Part shown: piece after piece, positions 23,903-36,512 of the stretch | How positions within the stretch are numbered: the first letter of the stretch is position 1 | Layout of the letters: the number at the start of each line of letters is the position of its first letter | NCBI GenBank assembly: GCA_964016885.1 | Contig: OZ024744.1 | Location: 40,920,001 to 40,984,000 of the forward strand | DNA length: 64,000 nt | From: Eledone cirrhosa | Taxonomy: Eukaryota | Direction of reading: 5' to 3' | The notes under the pieces: generated by a model | Seen by the model: only the letters and a program-made list of their open reading frames with translations | Told to the model about the DNA's origin: nothing | Database searches by the model: none | Translations under genes and position numbers: made by a program

Positions 23903-26345
23903 TTCCTTGAATCTCAGTCATTGATGTTGGTTAACTGGAAAGTCCGTTGGATTGAATATCAAGCCACTACCTGCAGCCTCAGATATTCAGGACGTATCGG
24001 AGGGTTCTTGCCGTTCCAAGCAAGCATGCCTTTTGAAGCGTTCCAAAAAGCGTGAAGGGGCCGATTTTCTTTAACCATCCCTGGAAACCTTTGGAGATAG
24101 TCCCCAGTGCGCCTATGACAATCGGGATCACTTTGACTTCATGGCAGTTCCAAATCCTTTTCACCTCCCACTTTAGGTCCTGGTATCGGTTAATTTTCTC
24201 CCTCTCCTTCTCTTGCACTCTCGTGTCGAACGGGCAGGCCACATCCACAATCAGGCACGATCTTTTTTCTTTGTCCACAACCACCAGGTCAGGTCTATTG
24301 TGTTCCAGTTTTTTGTCCGTCTGTATCCTAAAATCCCACAGCACCTTCACCTGACTGTTCTCCATCACCGCCTCTGGCCTATGCTCATACCATTTCTCAG
24401 AATGTGGTAGATTGTTTACTTTGCACAGGTGCCAGTGGATCACCCTGCCCATCACATCGTGTCTCCAGCCCTTATAGTGGGTCTGGGCTAGGTGTTTACA
24501 CTCGGACACAATGTGAGCCACAGTCTCCTCTCTCTCTCCACAGATCCTGCACAGTGGGCTAGCCTCCTCCTTGTAGATATGGTGCTTCAACCACTTCGTT
24601 TTGAGGGCCTGCTCCTGCGCAGCCATTAGCATTCCTTCTGTAGCCTTTTTGAGGTCTCCTCTTCTCAACCAGTTCCATGTCTGTGGATCTCTAAATTCAG
24701 TTTTCTCAAAGAAGGTACTATGAAGGGATTTTCCCTTAAGGCTGCTCTTCCTCCTTGATGTTATTTCCTCCTTGGATATCCCCTGGCCTACTGTCCCCTC
24801 CTTCAGTACAGCTCTGAGCATTGGCTCCTTACTATAGGTCACGTATTTGTATAGGTTGTTTTTCTCCATCTGAACACAGTCCTCTATGCTGATAAGACCT
24901 CTTCCACCTTCAGATCTCCTTAGGTAGAGTCTATCGACATCACTCCTCTTGTGGAACATGTTGTAGATAGTCAATAGCTTCCTAGTCTTCCTATCCATTT
25001 CTTTTTGTTCAGCAACATTCCATCTCAGAATTCCCGCACTGTACCTAATAATAGACACAGCTCGGGAATTTACTGCGCTTATGGCATTTCTGCTGTTCAG
25101 ATGTGACTTCAATACGCTCCTTACTCTCCGAATGTATTCAGTTCTTAACAATTCCTTCATTTTTTTGTTCTTTATGCCATCAGCCTCCAGAACGCCCAAA
25201 TACTTGTATCCTTCCTCAGAGTCAATTTCCTTTATCATCTCACCTGTTGGTATCTGGATCCCGTTACTTCTGCTCAACCTACCCCTCCTCATCACAATGA
25301 CTCCACATTTACCAATACCAAACTGCATACATATATCACTGCTGAAAATACGGACAGTGTCAACAAGCACATCCAACTCCTTCTCACTTTTCCCGAAGAG
25401 CTTAAGATCGTCCATGAAGAGGAGGTGATTGATGGTAAGCTCTCCCCTTCCCAACTTGTATCCTGCTCTCACTTTTCGCAGCATAATGGTCAAGGGCATC
25501 AGGGCAAGGTCAAACAACAGAGGGGACAGGCTATCTCCCTGGAAGATACCTCTCTTGATCTTCACGCTTCCCAAGGATACTCCAGTTGATGTCAACTCTG
25601 TCTCCCAGGACCCCATACTCCTGCCCAGCAACTGTCTGATGTTATCTGCCACCCTGAAGATCTCCAGGCTTTTGGTGATCCAGGAATGAGGCACCATGTC
25701 AAATGCCTTTCTGTAGTCTATCCATCCCATGGCAAGATCAGTGTGTCTCCTCCTGCAATTCCCCATTACCATCTTATCAATAAGCAACTGGTCCTTTGTA
25801 CCACGTGACTTCTTTCGGCATCCTTTCTGTTCGTCCGGCAACAAGTTGTTTGTGTGGAGGTGATGGTAGATTTCCTCAGACACAATGCTCGTCAACAGTT
25901 TCCACATTACGGGCAGACATGTGATAGGTCTATAGTTGGTAACATCATTACCCTTGATTCGGTCTTTCATTATCAGAACTGTGGTACCTTTTGTCAACCA
26001 CTCTGGCACCTCACCCGACACCAAGCAGTCATTGAACATGGCCGTCAGCTTCGGGTGGAGGGATGTTAAATGTTTAATCCAATACCCCTGCACACCATCT
26101 GGGCCTGGTGATTTTCAGTTGGTTAGTTTTTTGGCTTGCCCCTTAAGAGTTTCAACTGTGATACTCAAATCAGTCTGTTGCTGTGCCTGCTCACCGATCT
26201 CCCTCTGTACTGTCTCAATCCACCCTGCCTGGGCATTGTGTCTAACATCCTGCTCCCATATTCCTCTCCAGAATGTTTTAGCTTGTTCCGCCCCAGGGAT
26301 CAAGTCGTTGCCTCTTTCTTTCCCCTCAAGCTGTCCAAACAGCAT
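23903..26345 (-). mobile_element. R4/Dong-clade non-LTR retrotransposon, family A, 5'-truncated (RT + CCHC + REL endonuclease)
   Basis: ORF 23979-26093 has [50 protein letters not shown] and RPDLVVVD..IVDVACP..KEREKINRY. TAA-type repeats flank its sense strand. Confidence 0.92.
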
Positions 26346-26429
26346 CATTATTGTTGTTATTATTATTATTATTATTGTTATTAATGTATATGTGTATGTG
26401 TGTGTATATATATATATGTGTGTATATAT

Positions 26430-26461
<32 letters not shown>

Positions 26462-26980
26462 TTCTTTTTTTATTTTATTTTTTATTTATCTATTAATATT
26501 TTTTTTCTCCCCTTGCAATGGCCATACTCGATAACGAGGGAGCAGCCATCATATATATACATATCTCAGTCGATGCGACCAGATATCAACGCAGGAACAA
26601 CAACAACTACAACAACAACAGCAACAACACCATTGTCTGTGTTGAATGTGTATGTATGTATATATATATATGTGTATGTATATATATGTATCTGTATATA
26701 TCACAGACGTGAAGCGAACACATTTCAAAATTTCAACCCAGCGACTACAACAACAGCAACAGCAACAACAACAACAACAGCAACAGCACCATTGTCTGCA
26801 GCAGCAGTATCAGTGAAATGAACAACAACAACGGCAGCAGCAGCAACAACAACAACATCAACGACAACAACAACTGCCACCACCATCACTGACACCATCC
26901 AACACCACCACCACCTTCCCCACCACCACAATCACCACCCGTACCATCACTGGCACCATCCACCACCACCACGATCACAA
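26346..26980. repeat. Mixed microsatellites (TTA, TA/TG, CAA/CAG, CAC)
   Basis: Directly visible. Confidence 0.9.
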
Positions 26981-27147
26981 GCGATCAGGCCTTTAAAACA
27001 AATGTAATACTAAATAACTATTCTGTTCTTGGCACGGGGCAGCTATTGTCCCAACGCATTGCTGGTGCCTTGTTTTGGGGCCCGGAGAGTGGAGAGCCGT
27101 TGCTCTTTGCTGTAAAGCAAACAATTATTATTATTATATAAAAAACT

Positions 27148-27340
27148 GGAGCGGTGGATTGGCAGTATCGGTAGAGGGTCGGACGCCATGCTTTGACGTA
27201 TAGAGTTACGTCACTTGCCATTCTGAGTTCAAATCCCGCTGAGGTTAACTTTGCTTTTCATCCTTTCGGGGTCGATAAAATAAAGTACCAGTATTGCAGT
27301 GGGTAATTGCTGGCCTTGTGCCAAAAGTAGAAACAATTAT
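27148..27340 (+). mobile_element. Full-length tRNA-derived SINE with ~18-20-bp target-site duplication
   Basis: A-box-like TGGCAGTATCGG (27160-27171), B-box GAGTTCAAATCC (27225-27236) and (ATT) tail. 'attattatataaaaa(a)ctg' occurs on both sides. Confidence 0.85.
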
Positions 27341-27579
27341 TATATAAAAACTGAACTGGAAAAGTCAACAGTTGACATGATTTTGTATCAGTACTGACAG
27401 TAATATATATATATATATATGTGTATGTGTGTGTGAGTGGCGTGTGTGTGTTTGTATGCATAAGTGTTTGTGTGTAAGTGGCGTGTGTGTTTGTAAGCAT
27501 GAGTGTTGGTACATGAGTGAGTGTGTGTGTGTGCCGTGAGTGTCAATACGTGGTGTTTTTCTTGTTTTTTTTTTGTTAT

Positions 27580-30335
27580 GACCATGCTGTAAAATAGAGG
27601 GGTAGAGAGGGCCCATGAGTCCAGTAAGACATCCTCTTTAGTGCTGGTGGCACGAATTAAAGCACCGAGTCCATGCTGTAAAGTGGCACTGGTGTTAGGA
27701 AGAGCATCCAACCAGTGTATCAACGCCAAAAAAAATTATAAGCACAGCAACAAATATATAGGAACAACAAAAATATGAAGACGTCCCATCTCAGAGTTGC
27801 AACACTTAATGTTGGCACTCTCACAGGTAGATCTGGTGAAATAATGGAGATGCTGGAGAGAAGGCATGTGGATGTGTGCTGCGTGCAAGAGGTGAGATGG
27901 AGAGGTGCCTCTGCGAGAGTAGTCGCAGGCAAACATCTTAGCTATAAGCTATTCTGGGTAGGTAAGGATGATGGGTTAGGGGGAGTAGGCATTTTCCTAG
28001 CTGAGAGATGGTTCAATAAGACAATAGAGGTAGTTCGAGTTAATAATCGAATAATTAAGCTTGGATTAGTTGTAGGCAAGAGACTACTGACAATCATCTC
28101 TGCCTATGCTCACCAAGCAGGCCTAGGCAAAGAAGAGAAAGACTGCTTTTACGAGCAACTTTTACAAACAACCGCAATGACAGAGGACGGAGACATCGTT
28201 ATGTTAGCAGCGGACTTCAATGGTCATGTTGGAGAGCTCCAGGATCGTTACACTGGGGTACATGGTGGGCAAGGTTACGGCTCAAAAATGAAGAAGGAGT
28301 GAGACTTCTTGAATTTTGTGATGCAAGTAAACTGACTATTTAAAACACTAACTTTCAGAAAACTGCCAACCACCTAATAACCTACAAATCAGGAGAGCAC
28401 ATAAGCTAGATTGTTATCCGCCGGGAAGATCAGAGGCGTGTGGTGTTCCACATTGCAAGGCAGTGTGTCAATGCAAACAAGGATGTTGTTGGAGATAAAT
28501 GTGTCCGGAATGATGCCGGTGTACTTAGTGTCACGAATGATCAGAAAAAGGGGGCCTGGAAATGTCATTATGAGAGACTGATGAATGTGGAGAACCAATG
28601 GGAGAGAGAGAAATTACCCTCAGTAGATCCGACAGAGGGACCAGCTATTGAGATCGACGAATATAGGGTCCAAGAGGCGATTAATGAAATGAAAAAATGG
28701 TAAGGCTGCTGGACCGTCGGTGATAGTTGCTGAGATGCTGAAGGCATCAAGAGACGTAGGCACAAAACTGGTTGCACGCATCATCAATCAGGCAATATAT
28801 GGTGGTGTCATACCCAAAGACTGGTGCAGCAGTATTCTCTAAATTGCTACAAAAGTAAAGGGGATGCTTTGGAGAGGAACAATTATAGGGGTATAAAACT
28901 GATGGATCAGGTTATGAAAGTGGCAGAAAGGATAATAGCACAAGTAATTAGAGAAAGGGTCAAACTACATGAGATGCAGTTTGGTTTTGTGCCTGGGAAA
29001 AGTACAACAGATTCCCTCTTCTTGGTGAGGCATTTACAAGAGAGGTTTTTAGAGAAGAATATGCCACTATACTTAGCCTTTGTTGACCTAGAGAAGGCCT
29101 TTGATAGGGTACCCCGATCTGTCATCTGGTGGTCCCTAAGGAAGCTAGGTGTTGAGGAATGGCTTGTGAGGACAGTGCAAACTTTGTACAAAGGTGCTGT
29201 CAGTAAAGTCAGGGTAGGAATGGAGTTTAGTGAGGAATTCCAGATACAAGTAGGAGTACATCAAGGTTCGGTCCTCAGCCCGCCCTTGTTCATTATAGTC
29301 CTCCAAGTCATAACAGAGGAGTTTAAGACTGGCTGTCCATGGGAACTTCTCTATGCTGACGATCTGGTTCCTATAGCCGAATCAGTAGAGGAGCTACAGA
29401 ATAAATTCTGGCTATGGAAACAGCAGTTGGAATCAAGAGGACTGAGAGTGAACCTAGCTAAGACAAAAGTGTTGATGAGTAGAAAAGAGAACAAAACGCT
29501 GATTCCGTCAGGGAAATGGCCATGTTCGATATGCAGAAAAGGAACTGGCATAAATTCTATAAAATGCACACAATGCAGATCCTGGGTACACAAGAGATGT
29601 AGTGGGATAGCAGGCAAACTAACAGGTAGGGAGGAATACGTATGCAGTAGATGTACAGGGAAATTAGACAGTAGAAGTCGCATTGATAGACACATGTTTC
29701 AAATGCAGGCGGGTGCTATAGAAGTGGTTGCTAGCTTCCGATACCTAGGAGATCAGATTAGCATGGGAGGAGGGTGTTCCGATGCCATAGTATCTAGAAT
29801 AAGGACGGGTTGGAGGAAGTTTAGGGAGCTGCTTCCTCTGTTGACAAAGAAGGGTATCTCCCTGCGTACGAAAGGCCGGTTATATGATGCCTGTGTGAGG
29901 AGTGTGATGCTGCATGGTAGTGAGACATGGGCAGCAACTGCAGTGGACGGCTTGGGAGAAATGAGGCAAGCATGCTCCGTTGGATGTGCAATGTCAATGT
30001 GTGTGAACGACCCAGCATGGATGCATTGAGAGAAAAACTGTGTCTGAGAGGGATAGAATGTAGTGTGCGATAGAGAAGACTGCGGTGGTATGGACATGTG
30101 ATGTGCATGGAGGGTGACCGATGTGTGAAGAAGTGCCAGGAAATGCCAGTTGAAGGAAGACGTGGTAGAGGTAGACCACAAAAAACATGGGCGTAGGTGT
30201 TGCAAACAGACCTCAGATCGCTGAAGCTCACGGTGGAGATGACGAAGGACCGTGACAAGTGGCGAGATGCTGTGCTGAATAAGACCCATCTCACCCTTGC
30301 AAGCAGGGAAAAGAAGACGTAAAATGATGATGCTG
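27580..30335 (+). mobile_element. RTE-clade LINE (APE-RT with PHD finger), near full length, disrupted
   Basis: APE 27775-28302 (ATLNVGTL, CCVQEVRW, ISAYA, ADFNGHVG). RT 28824-30029 (YRGIKL, QFGFVPG, FVDLEKAFDRV, VHQGSVLSP, YADD). C4HC3 finger at 29523-29654. (TGA)n tail. Confidence 0.93.
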
Positions 30336-30440
30336 ATTAAGAGGATGATATATATCAATAAATGTATATATATGTGTGTGTATGAGTGTATATATATGGG
30401 ATATATGTATGTGTATCTACACACGTTACTCAAGTCCAAG

Positions 30441-30442
30441 TA

Positions 30443-30530
<88 letters not shown>

Positions 30531-30549
30531 ATAATAATAATAATAATAA
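30441..30549. repeat. (TAC)n followed by (TAA)n microsatellite; left border of the retroelement array
   Basis: Directly visible. Confidence 0.95.
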
Positions 30550-32747
30550 GTTTCAACTGTGATACTCAAATCAGTTTGTTGGTGTGCCTGTTCACTAATC
30601 TCCTTTTGTACTGTCTCAATCCACACTGCCTGGTCATTATGTTTAACATCCTGCTCCCATATTCCTTTCCAGAATGCCTTAGTTTGTTCCGCCTCAGGGA
30701 TCAAGTCGTTTCCTCTTTCTTTCCCTTCAAGCTGTCAATACAACATCTTCTGGTAGTTGTCAAACATGCAGTTATGTCTATACTGACTGACTCTGCTCTC
30801 GTATTACCCTATTTGTTGCACTCTTTGCTACAATGCGTTGCTTCAGTTCCTCTATGGTACAAAGGACCAGTTACTTATTGATAAGATGGTAATGAGGAAT
30901 TGCAAGAGGAGACACACAGGTCTTGCCATGGGATGGATAGACTACAAAAAGGCATTTGACATGGTGCCTCATTCTTGGATCACCAAAAGCCTAGAGATCT
31001 TCAAGGTGGCAGAAAACATCAGACAGTTGTTGAGCAAAAGTATGAAGTCCTGGAAAACAGAGTTAACATCAGCTGGACAATCCTTGGGAGGCGTGAAGAT
31101 CAAGAGAGGTATCTTCCAGGGAGATAGTCTGTCCCCTCTGTTGTTTGTCCTTGCCCTGATGCCCCTGACCATTATACTGCGAAAAGTGAGAGCAGGATAC
31201 AAGTTGGGAAAGGGAGAGCTTACCATCAATCACCTCCTCTTCATGGACGATCTTAAGCTCTTTGGGAAGAGTGAGAAGGAGTTGGATGTGCTTGTTGACA
31301 CTGTCCGTATTTTCAGCAATGATATATGTATGCAATTTGGTATTAGTAAGTGTGGAGTCCTAATGATGAAGAGGGGTAAATTGAGCAGAAGCAACGGAAT
31401 CCAGGTACCAACAGGTGAGATGATAAAGAAAACTGACACTGAAGAAGGATACAAATATTTAGGGGTTCTGGAGGCAGATGACATCAAGAACAAAAAAATG
31501 AAGGAATTGATAAGATCTGAGTACATTCGGAGAATAAGGAGCGTATTAAAATCACATCTGAAAAGTAGGAATGCCATAAATGCAGTAAATTCCCGAGCTG
31601 TGTCTATTATTAGGTACGGTGCGGGAATTCTGTGATGGAATGTTGCTGAACAAAAAGAAATGGATAGGAAGACTAGGAAGCTATTGACTATCTACAACAT
31701 GTTCCACAAGAGGAGTGATGTCGATAGACTATACTTAAGGAGATCTGAGGGTGGAAGAGGTCTTATCAGCATAGAGGACTGTGTTCAGATGGAGAAAATC
31801 AACCTACACAAATACGTGACTGATAGTAAGGAGCCAATGCTCAGAACTGTATTAAGGAGATGACAATAGACCAGGGGATATCCAAGGAGGAAATAACAAC
31901 AAGGAGAAAGAGCAGCCTTCAAGAAAAATCCCTTCATAGTACCTTCTTTGAGAAAACTGAATTTAGAGATCCACAGACATGGAACTGGTTGAAAAGAGGA
32001 GACCTTAAAAAGGCTACAGAAGGAATGTTAATGGCTGCGCAGGAGCAGGCCCTCAAAACGAAGAGGTTGAAACACCATATTTACAAGGAGGAGGCTAGCC
32101 CACTGTGCAGGATCTGTGGAGAGAGAGAGAGGAGACTGTGGCTCACATTGTATCCGAGTGTAAACACCTAGTCCAGACTAGGATGGAGACATGATGTGAT
32201 GGGCAGGGTGATCCACTGGCACCTATGCAAAGTAAACAATTTACCACATTCTGAGAAGTGGTATGAGCATAAGACAGAGACGGTGATAGAAAACGATCAG
32301 GTGAAGGTGTTATGGGATTTTAGGATACAGACGGACAAGAAACTAGAACACAATAGACCTGACCTGGTGGTTTTGGACAAAGAAAAAGGATCGTGCCTGC
32401 TTGTGGATGTGGCCTGCCCATTCGACACGAGAGTGCAAGAGAAGGAGAGGGAGAAAATTAACCGATACCAGGATTGAAGTGGGAGGTAAAAAGGATTTGG
32501 AACTGCCATGAAGTCAGGGTGATCCCGATTGTCATAGGCACACTAGGGACTATCTCAAAAAGTTTCCATGGATGGTTAAAGTAAATTGGCCCCTTCATGC
32601 TTTTTAGAACGCTTCAAAAGGCATGCTTGCTGAGAACAGCAAGAACCCTCCGATACGTCCTGAATATCTGAGGCTGCAGGTAGTGGCTTAATATTCATTT
32701 CAACAAGTTTCCAGTTAACTAACATCAATGACTGAGACTCAAAGAAC
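30550..32747 (+). mobile_element. R4/Dong family A copy with 5' inversion (30550-~30854 inverted), disrupted
   Basis: From ~30855 it is a sense-strand match to the 23979-26093 ORF ([19 protein letters not shown]). 30550-~30740 matches 26149-26340 in antisense. Ends in (TAA)n 32748-32815. Confidence 0.92.
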
Positions 32748-32751
32748 AATA

Positions 32752-32816
<65 letters not shown>

Positions 32817-33058
32817 TTTTCTTTATTAACCACAAGGGTTCACATAAAGTAGACATTAAGGACAGTACAGGACAATACAGGACGGTACAAATGGGCATTT
32901 CTGCGTGTAAAAAAACAGAGGTTGAAATAAAATAACAAAGAAAAATTCCCCAATAGGGGGGAGACTTCCAAGGGACATTTGTGGAGAAAGCCCATTAAAA
33001 GACCACAGTGGCCCTGACCACCAGGGCAAGTGCCCTCTCCCAGTTCTCCACCTTTAAT

Positions 33059-36000
33059 TTACAGACACATACTCAGAGAAGGCCCATTCATTCGGGCCAT
33101 ACTTGCTTCTCTCACCCATCTTTCAACAAAATGCTGGGAAGAGAGCACTTCCCTCTCTACCCTGATTTTCCTTTTCAAATGAAATTTGAAAAAGTTAATC
33201 AGGGCATCACCGAAGAGGTAAGTGCTCGTCTTCAGCCCTTTCAAACGTGTCCACCATACTATCTCTTTCGCCATGGCCACCAGACAGATAAAAACTGCCT
33301 GCCCTTCCAGGCTAAAGGAAGGGGGTGGGGCAATCCTCACGATGGACTCAGCTGATAGCTGGATCCGTCCTACACGTGACAGCAGGTGTTCGACATAAAC
33401 CCACAAGTCAGCAATGCTCGGACACTGGACGAGTGCGTGCAGGACGGTTTCGTCGCCCTGTGCGCATCTCGGACATGCCCGGCTGACGGCACCTCCATGC
33501 CTGTAGAGTTTATCCCGAACTGGCAAAGCTCCTCGGTAGCACTGCCAGGCCAGGGATTTCTGGAAGTTGTCCATAGGCCCCGGCCCGAAAGTCCTTCCGA
33601 AGAGATTGGCTAGTTGATTTTCGTCGACGCCTAGAGTTTCTCCAAGTACGTCGTCGCTCTTCCCCTCCACTAATCCCCTATAGAACGCCAAGGTGGAGTT
33701 TCCACCGATCACATTGCCCGATTGGTCGAGGGCTGTGAGCGCCTGAAGACATTCCAGTCTCCAAGCGCTCCCTCTCGGTCTTCGCTTGACCCAGGACTGC
33801 AGCTCCGTCAAGGAGACGAGCTGGGGAAAAACGTGTCTTGCAAACGGCGACCACACCTGATCACCGTCGAGGAAGAGGTGGAGATGTCGTAGCCTGAGCG
33901 CGTGTCTGCGCATCATCAGCCACGGCATGCCCAGCCCTCCACGTAGCGGGTGTTGACAGCAGATGGACCGCCTGACCATCGGAGCGCGTCCCTTCCACAA
34001 GAAGCGAAAGAGCAAACGCTCCAGCGCAGTCAGGCGGGGCTTAGGACAAGGTACGACGGTCAGGCGGTAGTAGATGACGGATGCGATGTACGCATTCGCC
34101 ACCTCCGCTAGACCTTTTAGGGATAGCTTCCTCTCGGCCCATTTCTGGGTGAGAGAAGCCACCCTGCTCGTCACCTCGTCCCAGTTTTTGTCCGTCTGGA
34201 GGTCTGGACCGAACCAGGCCCCTAGCAATTTAACCGGTCCGTCCGTCCAGCGCCCGACGACGCTGTTGGACGGCATGGACCTGCCTCTCCAGGTGCCGAG
34301 CTGCAGGCCCACTGACTTTTCCTGGTTGATCATTGCTCCTGTCACCGCTTCGTATTCTCTTAGTGTAGTGCCGATCGCCTCGATGTGTTTGGCGTTCGAC
34401 ACCACTACGGTGACATCGTCGGCATATGCTGACACGGATCTTCCGCATCCTAGTTCGCGCGGGATCCCCCTCAACGTCTCCAGTTTGTGCAGTAATGGCT
34501 CGAGAGTCAATACGTACAAGAAGGACGAGAGGGGACATCCTTGGCGGACCGAGCGCATGATGTTGAACGGTTCCGAAAGGTGACCGTTCACTCTCACTAC
34601 AGAGCAGATGTCGCTGTGCATGGCAGCGATCCAGCCTCTGAAGACGGGCCCAAAGCCAGCCGCCCTCAGGACTGCCGTTAGGTAACGATGGTCGACCCTA
34701 TCGAAGGCTTTCGACTGATCTAAATTGATCAAAGACCCACCCGTGCCAGGTTCCCTAGCTACCCTCTCTACGATGTATCGCATGAGGTGGAGGTTGTCGT
34801 GGATGGATCTGTCGGGAATGGCGCATGTCTGTGCCTCTCCCACCAGACCACCAACGACAAGCGCCAACCTCTTTGCTAGCACCTTGGCCAAAATCTTGAA
34901 CTCTGTGTTTAGCAGAGTTATGGGCCTAAAATTATCTATGTTATCCCCCTTGTTCGGATCCTTTCTCAGCAGCGCCACCGCTCCTCGGCTCACAGAGCTG
35001 GGAATTCTCCCGTTCTGTTGCCAGTTGCAGTAGACGTCCGCCAAGAGGCCTCCGAACAAGTTTGGCATTTGTACGTAAAGTTCATAGGGCAGACCATCCA
35101 AACCAGGCGATTTGCCCCTTGTGCAACTAGTCATTGCATCCCGTACTTCAGCGGTTGTTATCGGCTTTTCGCAACACTCCGCCTCAGTGGCCGAAAGCCG
35201 CGGCAGTCCGTCGAGGTAGACACTAAAGTCCATCCCTCGATCCGGCCCGCCACTGCCCCCGAACAGTTGAGCGAAGTGTCGCTGAAAAGCTTCACACATT
35301 TGCCCGGGATCGAGTAGCATGCGCCCGTCGTGGTCCACCAAAGACCGGATCGTGGCTTTGTTGCCACGACGCGCCTCCGCCACTCGGGCCCATTCAACGG
35401 CTTTCGTCCCCTCGTGTCTGAGAGCACGCACCCTAGCTCTGACAACGCAGCCTTCGTGCTTTGCATTGAAGAATTGGTCAAGGGCCAATTTCGCCGCAAG
35501 TACGTCGGTCGCGATGCCTTTGCTAAGCGCCTCATCTAATTTTCTAACTAATTCTCCCTCTGCTCTATTTTTCTCTATTGCTAAAGTCTTACTAAACCTA
35601 ATGGACTCTATTCTAATTGCTCTTTTCAGAGCAAACCACCACTTGTTGTTGACGATGGCCCCCGTCAACGCCCGCTTAACTAGTTCGCTAATCCGGTCTC
35701 TGTAGGCCTTGCGCGCTGGTAAGGACGCGTTTAGCTTCCAGTAGCCGGGTCCTCGTCTATGAAGCCTATCTAATTCAAGCACACAGATCACGAATTTGTG
35801 GTCCGTGTAGCTGACTATCTTGAATTGTGGACAGCCTATGCTAGACCTATCTATTTCCCTACAAAATACTCTATCTAGATATGATCTGGATGACCCTATG
35901 CGATTTGTCCAAGTCCACATTGGTACATTCGGGAAATCCATTCGGTACCTGTCAGACAGTTCAAAACGTCTGAGCAGGTTGGTGAGACTCTTGCACCCTC

Positions 36001-36478
36001 CTTCCCTATCCACTAATCCCACACAATCCCAGCGTGCATCTAAGATCCCGTTCCAGTTGCCCACTAACAATAAAGAGCGGGACGTTCCAAGAAAGGTCTC
36101 CAGACGCCGGAAGAAATCAGGCCGCCCTGCTCCTGTCGGGGCATAGACGGCCACTAACCTGAAAGCTTGCCCGTCTCCGCTGGTCACGTCCAGCACCACC
36201 AACTTACCTTCTGGGTCCAGGAAGATGGCCCGTATGGCAAGATCCAAACCTCTCCGAAAAAGCACAGCAACTCCTCCCCCCGATCCCGGACGGCTGGGAG
36301 ATGCGTACACATCGTAGCCGCCGAAGATCGGTGCGAAAGCCTGTGCTTCGGAGATTCTGGTCTCGCTGATGGTCACTACATCTATGTTTAGTGACCTGAG
36401 GTCGTTGAGCAGGTGGCCCTGCTTCCATGACGACCCCAAGCCACGCGCATTTATGCTGCCTATTCTGAGTGAGGTCAT
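33059..36478 (-). CDS. Tx1 ORF2: APE endonuclease + reverse transcriptase + Cys-rich C-terminus (1139 aa, uninterrupted)
   Basis: GSINARGL, ISETR, VYAP, G(N)WN, SYLDR, YTDH, PGYWKLN; SPGLDGLP, LDQSKAFDRV, QGCPLS, YADD; CPRC..DETVLHALVQC. Confidence 0.95.
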   Translation of the reverse strand: MTSLRIGSINARGLGSSWKQGHLLNDLRSLNIDVVTISETRISEAQAFAPIFGGYDVYASPSRPGSGGGVAVLFRRGLDLAIRAIFLDPEGKLVVLDVTSGDGQAFRLVAVYAPTGAGRPDFFRRLETFLGTSRSLLLVGNWNGILDARWDCVGLVDREGGCKSLTNLLRRFELSDRYRMDFPNVPMWTWTNRIGSSRSYLDRVFCREIDRSSIGCPQFKIVSYTDHKFVICVLELDRLHRRGPGYWKLNASLPARKAYRDRISELVKRALTGAIVNNKWWFALKRAIRIESIRFSKTLAIEKNRAEGELVRKLDEALSKGIATDVLAAKLALDQFFNAKHEGCVVRARVRALRHEGTKAVEWARVAEARRGNKATIRSLVDHDGRMLLDPGQMCEAFQRHFAQLFGGSGGPDRGMDFSVYLDGLPRLSATEAECCEKPITTAEVRDAMTSCTRGKSPGLDGLPYELYVQMPNLFGGLLADVYCNWQQNGRIPSSVSRGAVALLRKDPNKGDNIDNFRPITLLNTEFKILAKVLAKRLALVVGGLVGEAQTCAIPDRSIHDNLHLMRYIVERVAREPGTGGSLINLDQSKAFDRVDHRYLTAVLRAAGFGPVFRGWIAAMHSDICSVVRVNGHLSEPFNIMRSVRQGCPLSSFLYVLTLEPLLHKLETLRGIPRELGCGRSVSAYADDVTVVVSNAKHIEAIGTTLREYEAVTGAMINQEKSVGLQLGTWRGRSMPSNSVVGRWTDGPVKLLGAWFGPDLQTDKNWDEVTSRVASLTQKWAERKLSLKGLAEVANAYIASVIYYRLTVVPCPKPRLTALERLLFRFLWKGRAPMVRRSICCQHPLRGGLGMPWLMMRRHALRLRHLHLFLDGDQVWSPFARHVFPQLVSLTELQSWVKRRPRGSAWRLECLQALTALDQSGNVIGGNSTLAFYRGLVEGKSDDVLGETLGVDENQLANLFGRTFGPGPMDNFQKSLAWQCYRGALPVRDKLYRHGGAVSRACPRCAQGDETVLHALVQCPSIADLWVYVEHLLSRVGRIQLSAESIVRIAPPPSFSLEGQAVFICLVAMAKEIVWWTRLKGLKTSTYLFGDALINFFKFHLKRKIRVEREVLSSQHFVERWVREASMARMNGPSLSMCL

Positions 36479-36512
36479 GTTGAAAAGGAGTGGAAAAGAT
36501 GGGAAAGACCAC

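Noticed and set aside
27148-27240. tRNA gene
   Set aside because: A and B boxes are present but there is no cloverleaf. It continues into a SINE body and tail with a TSD.
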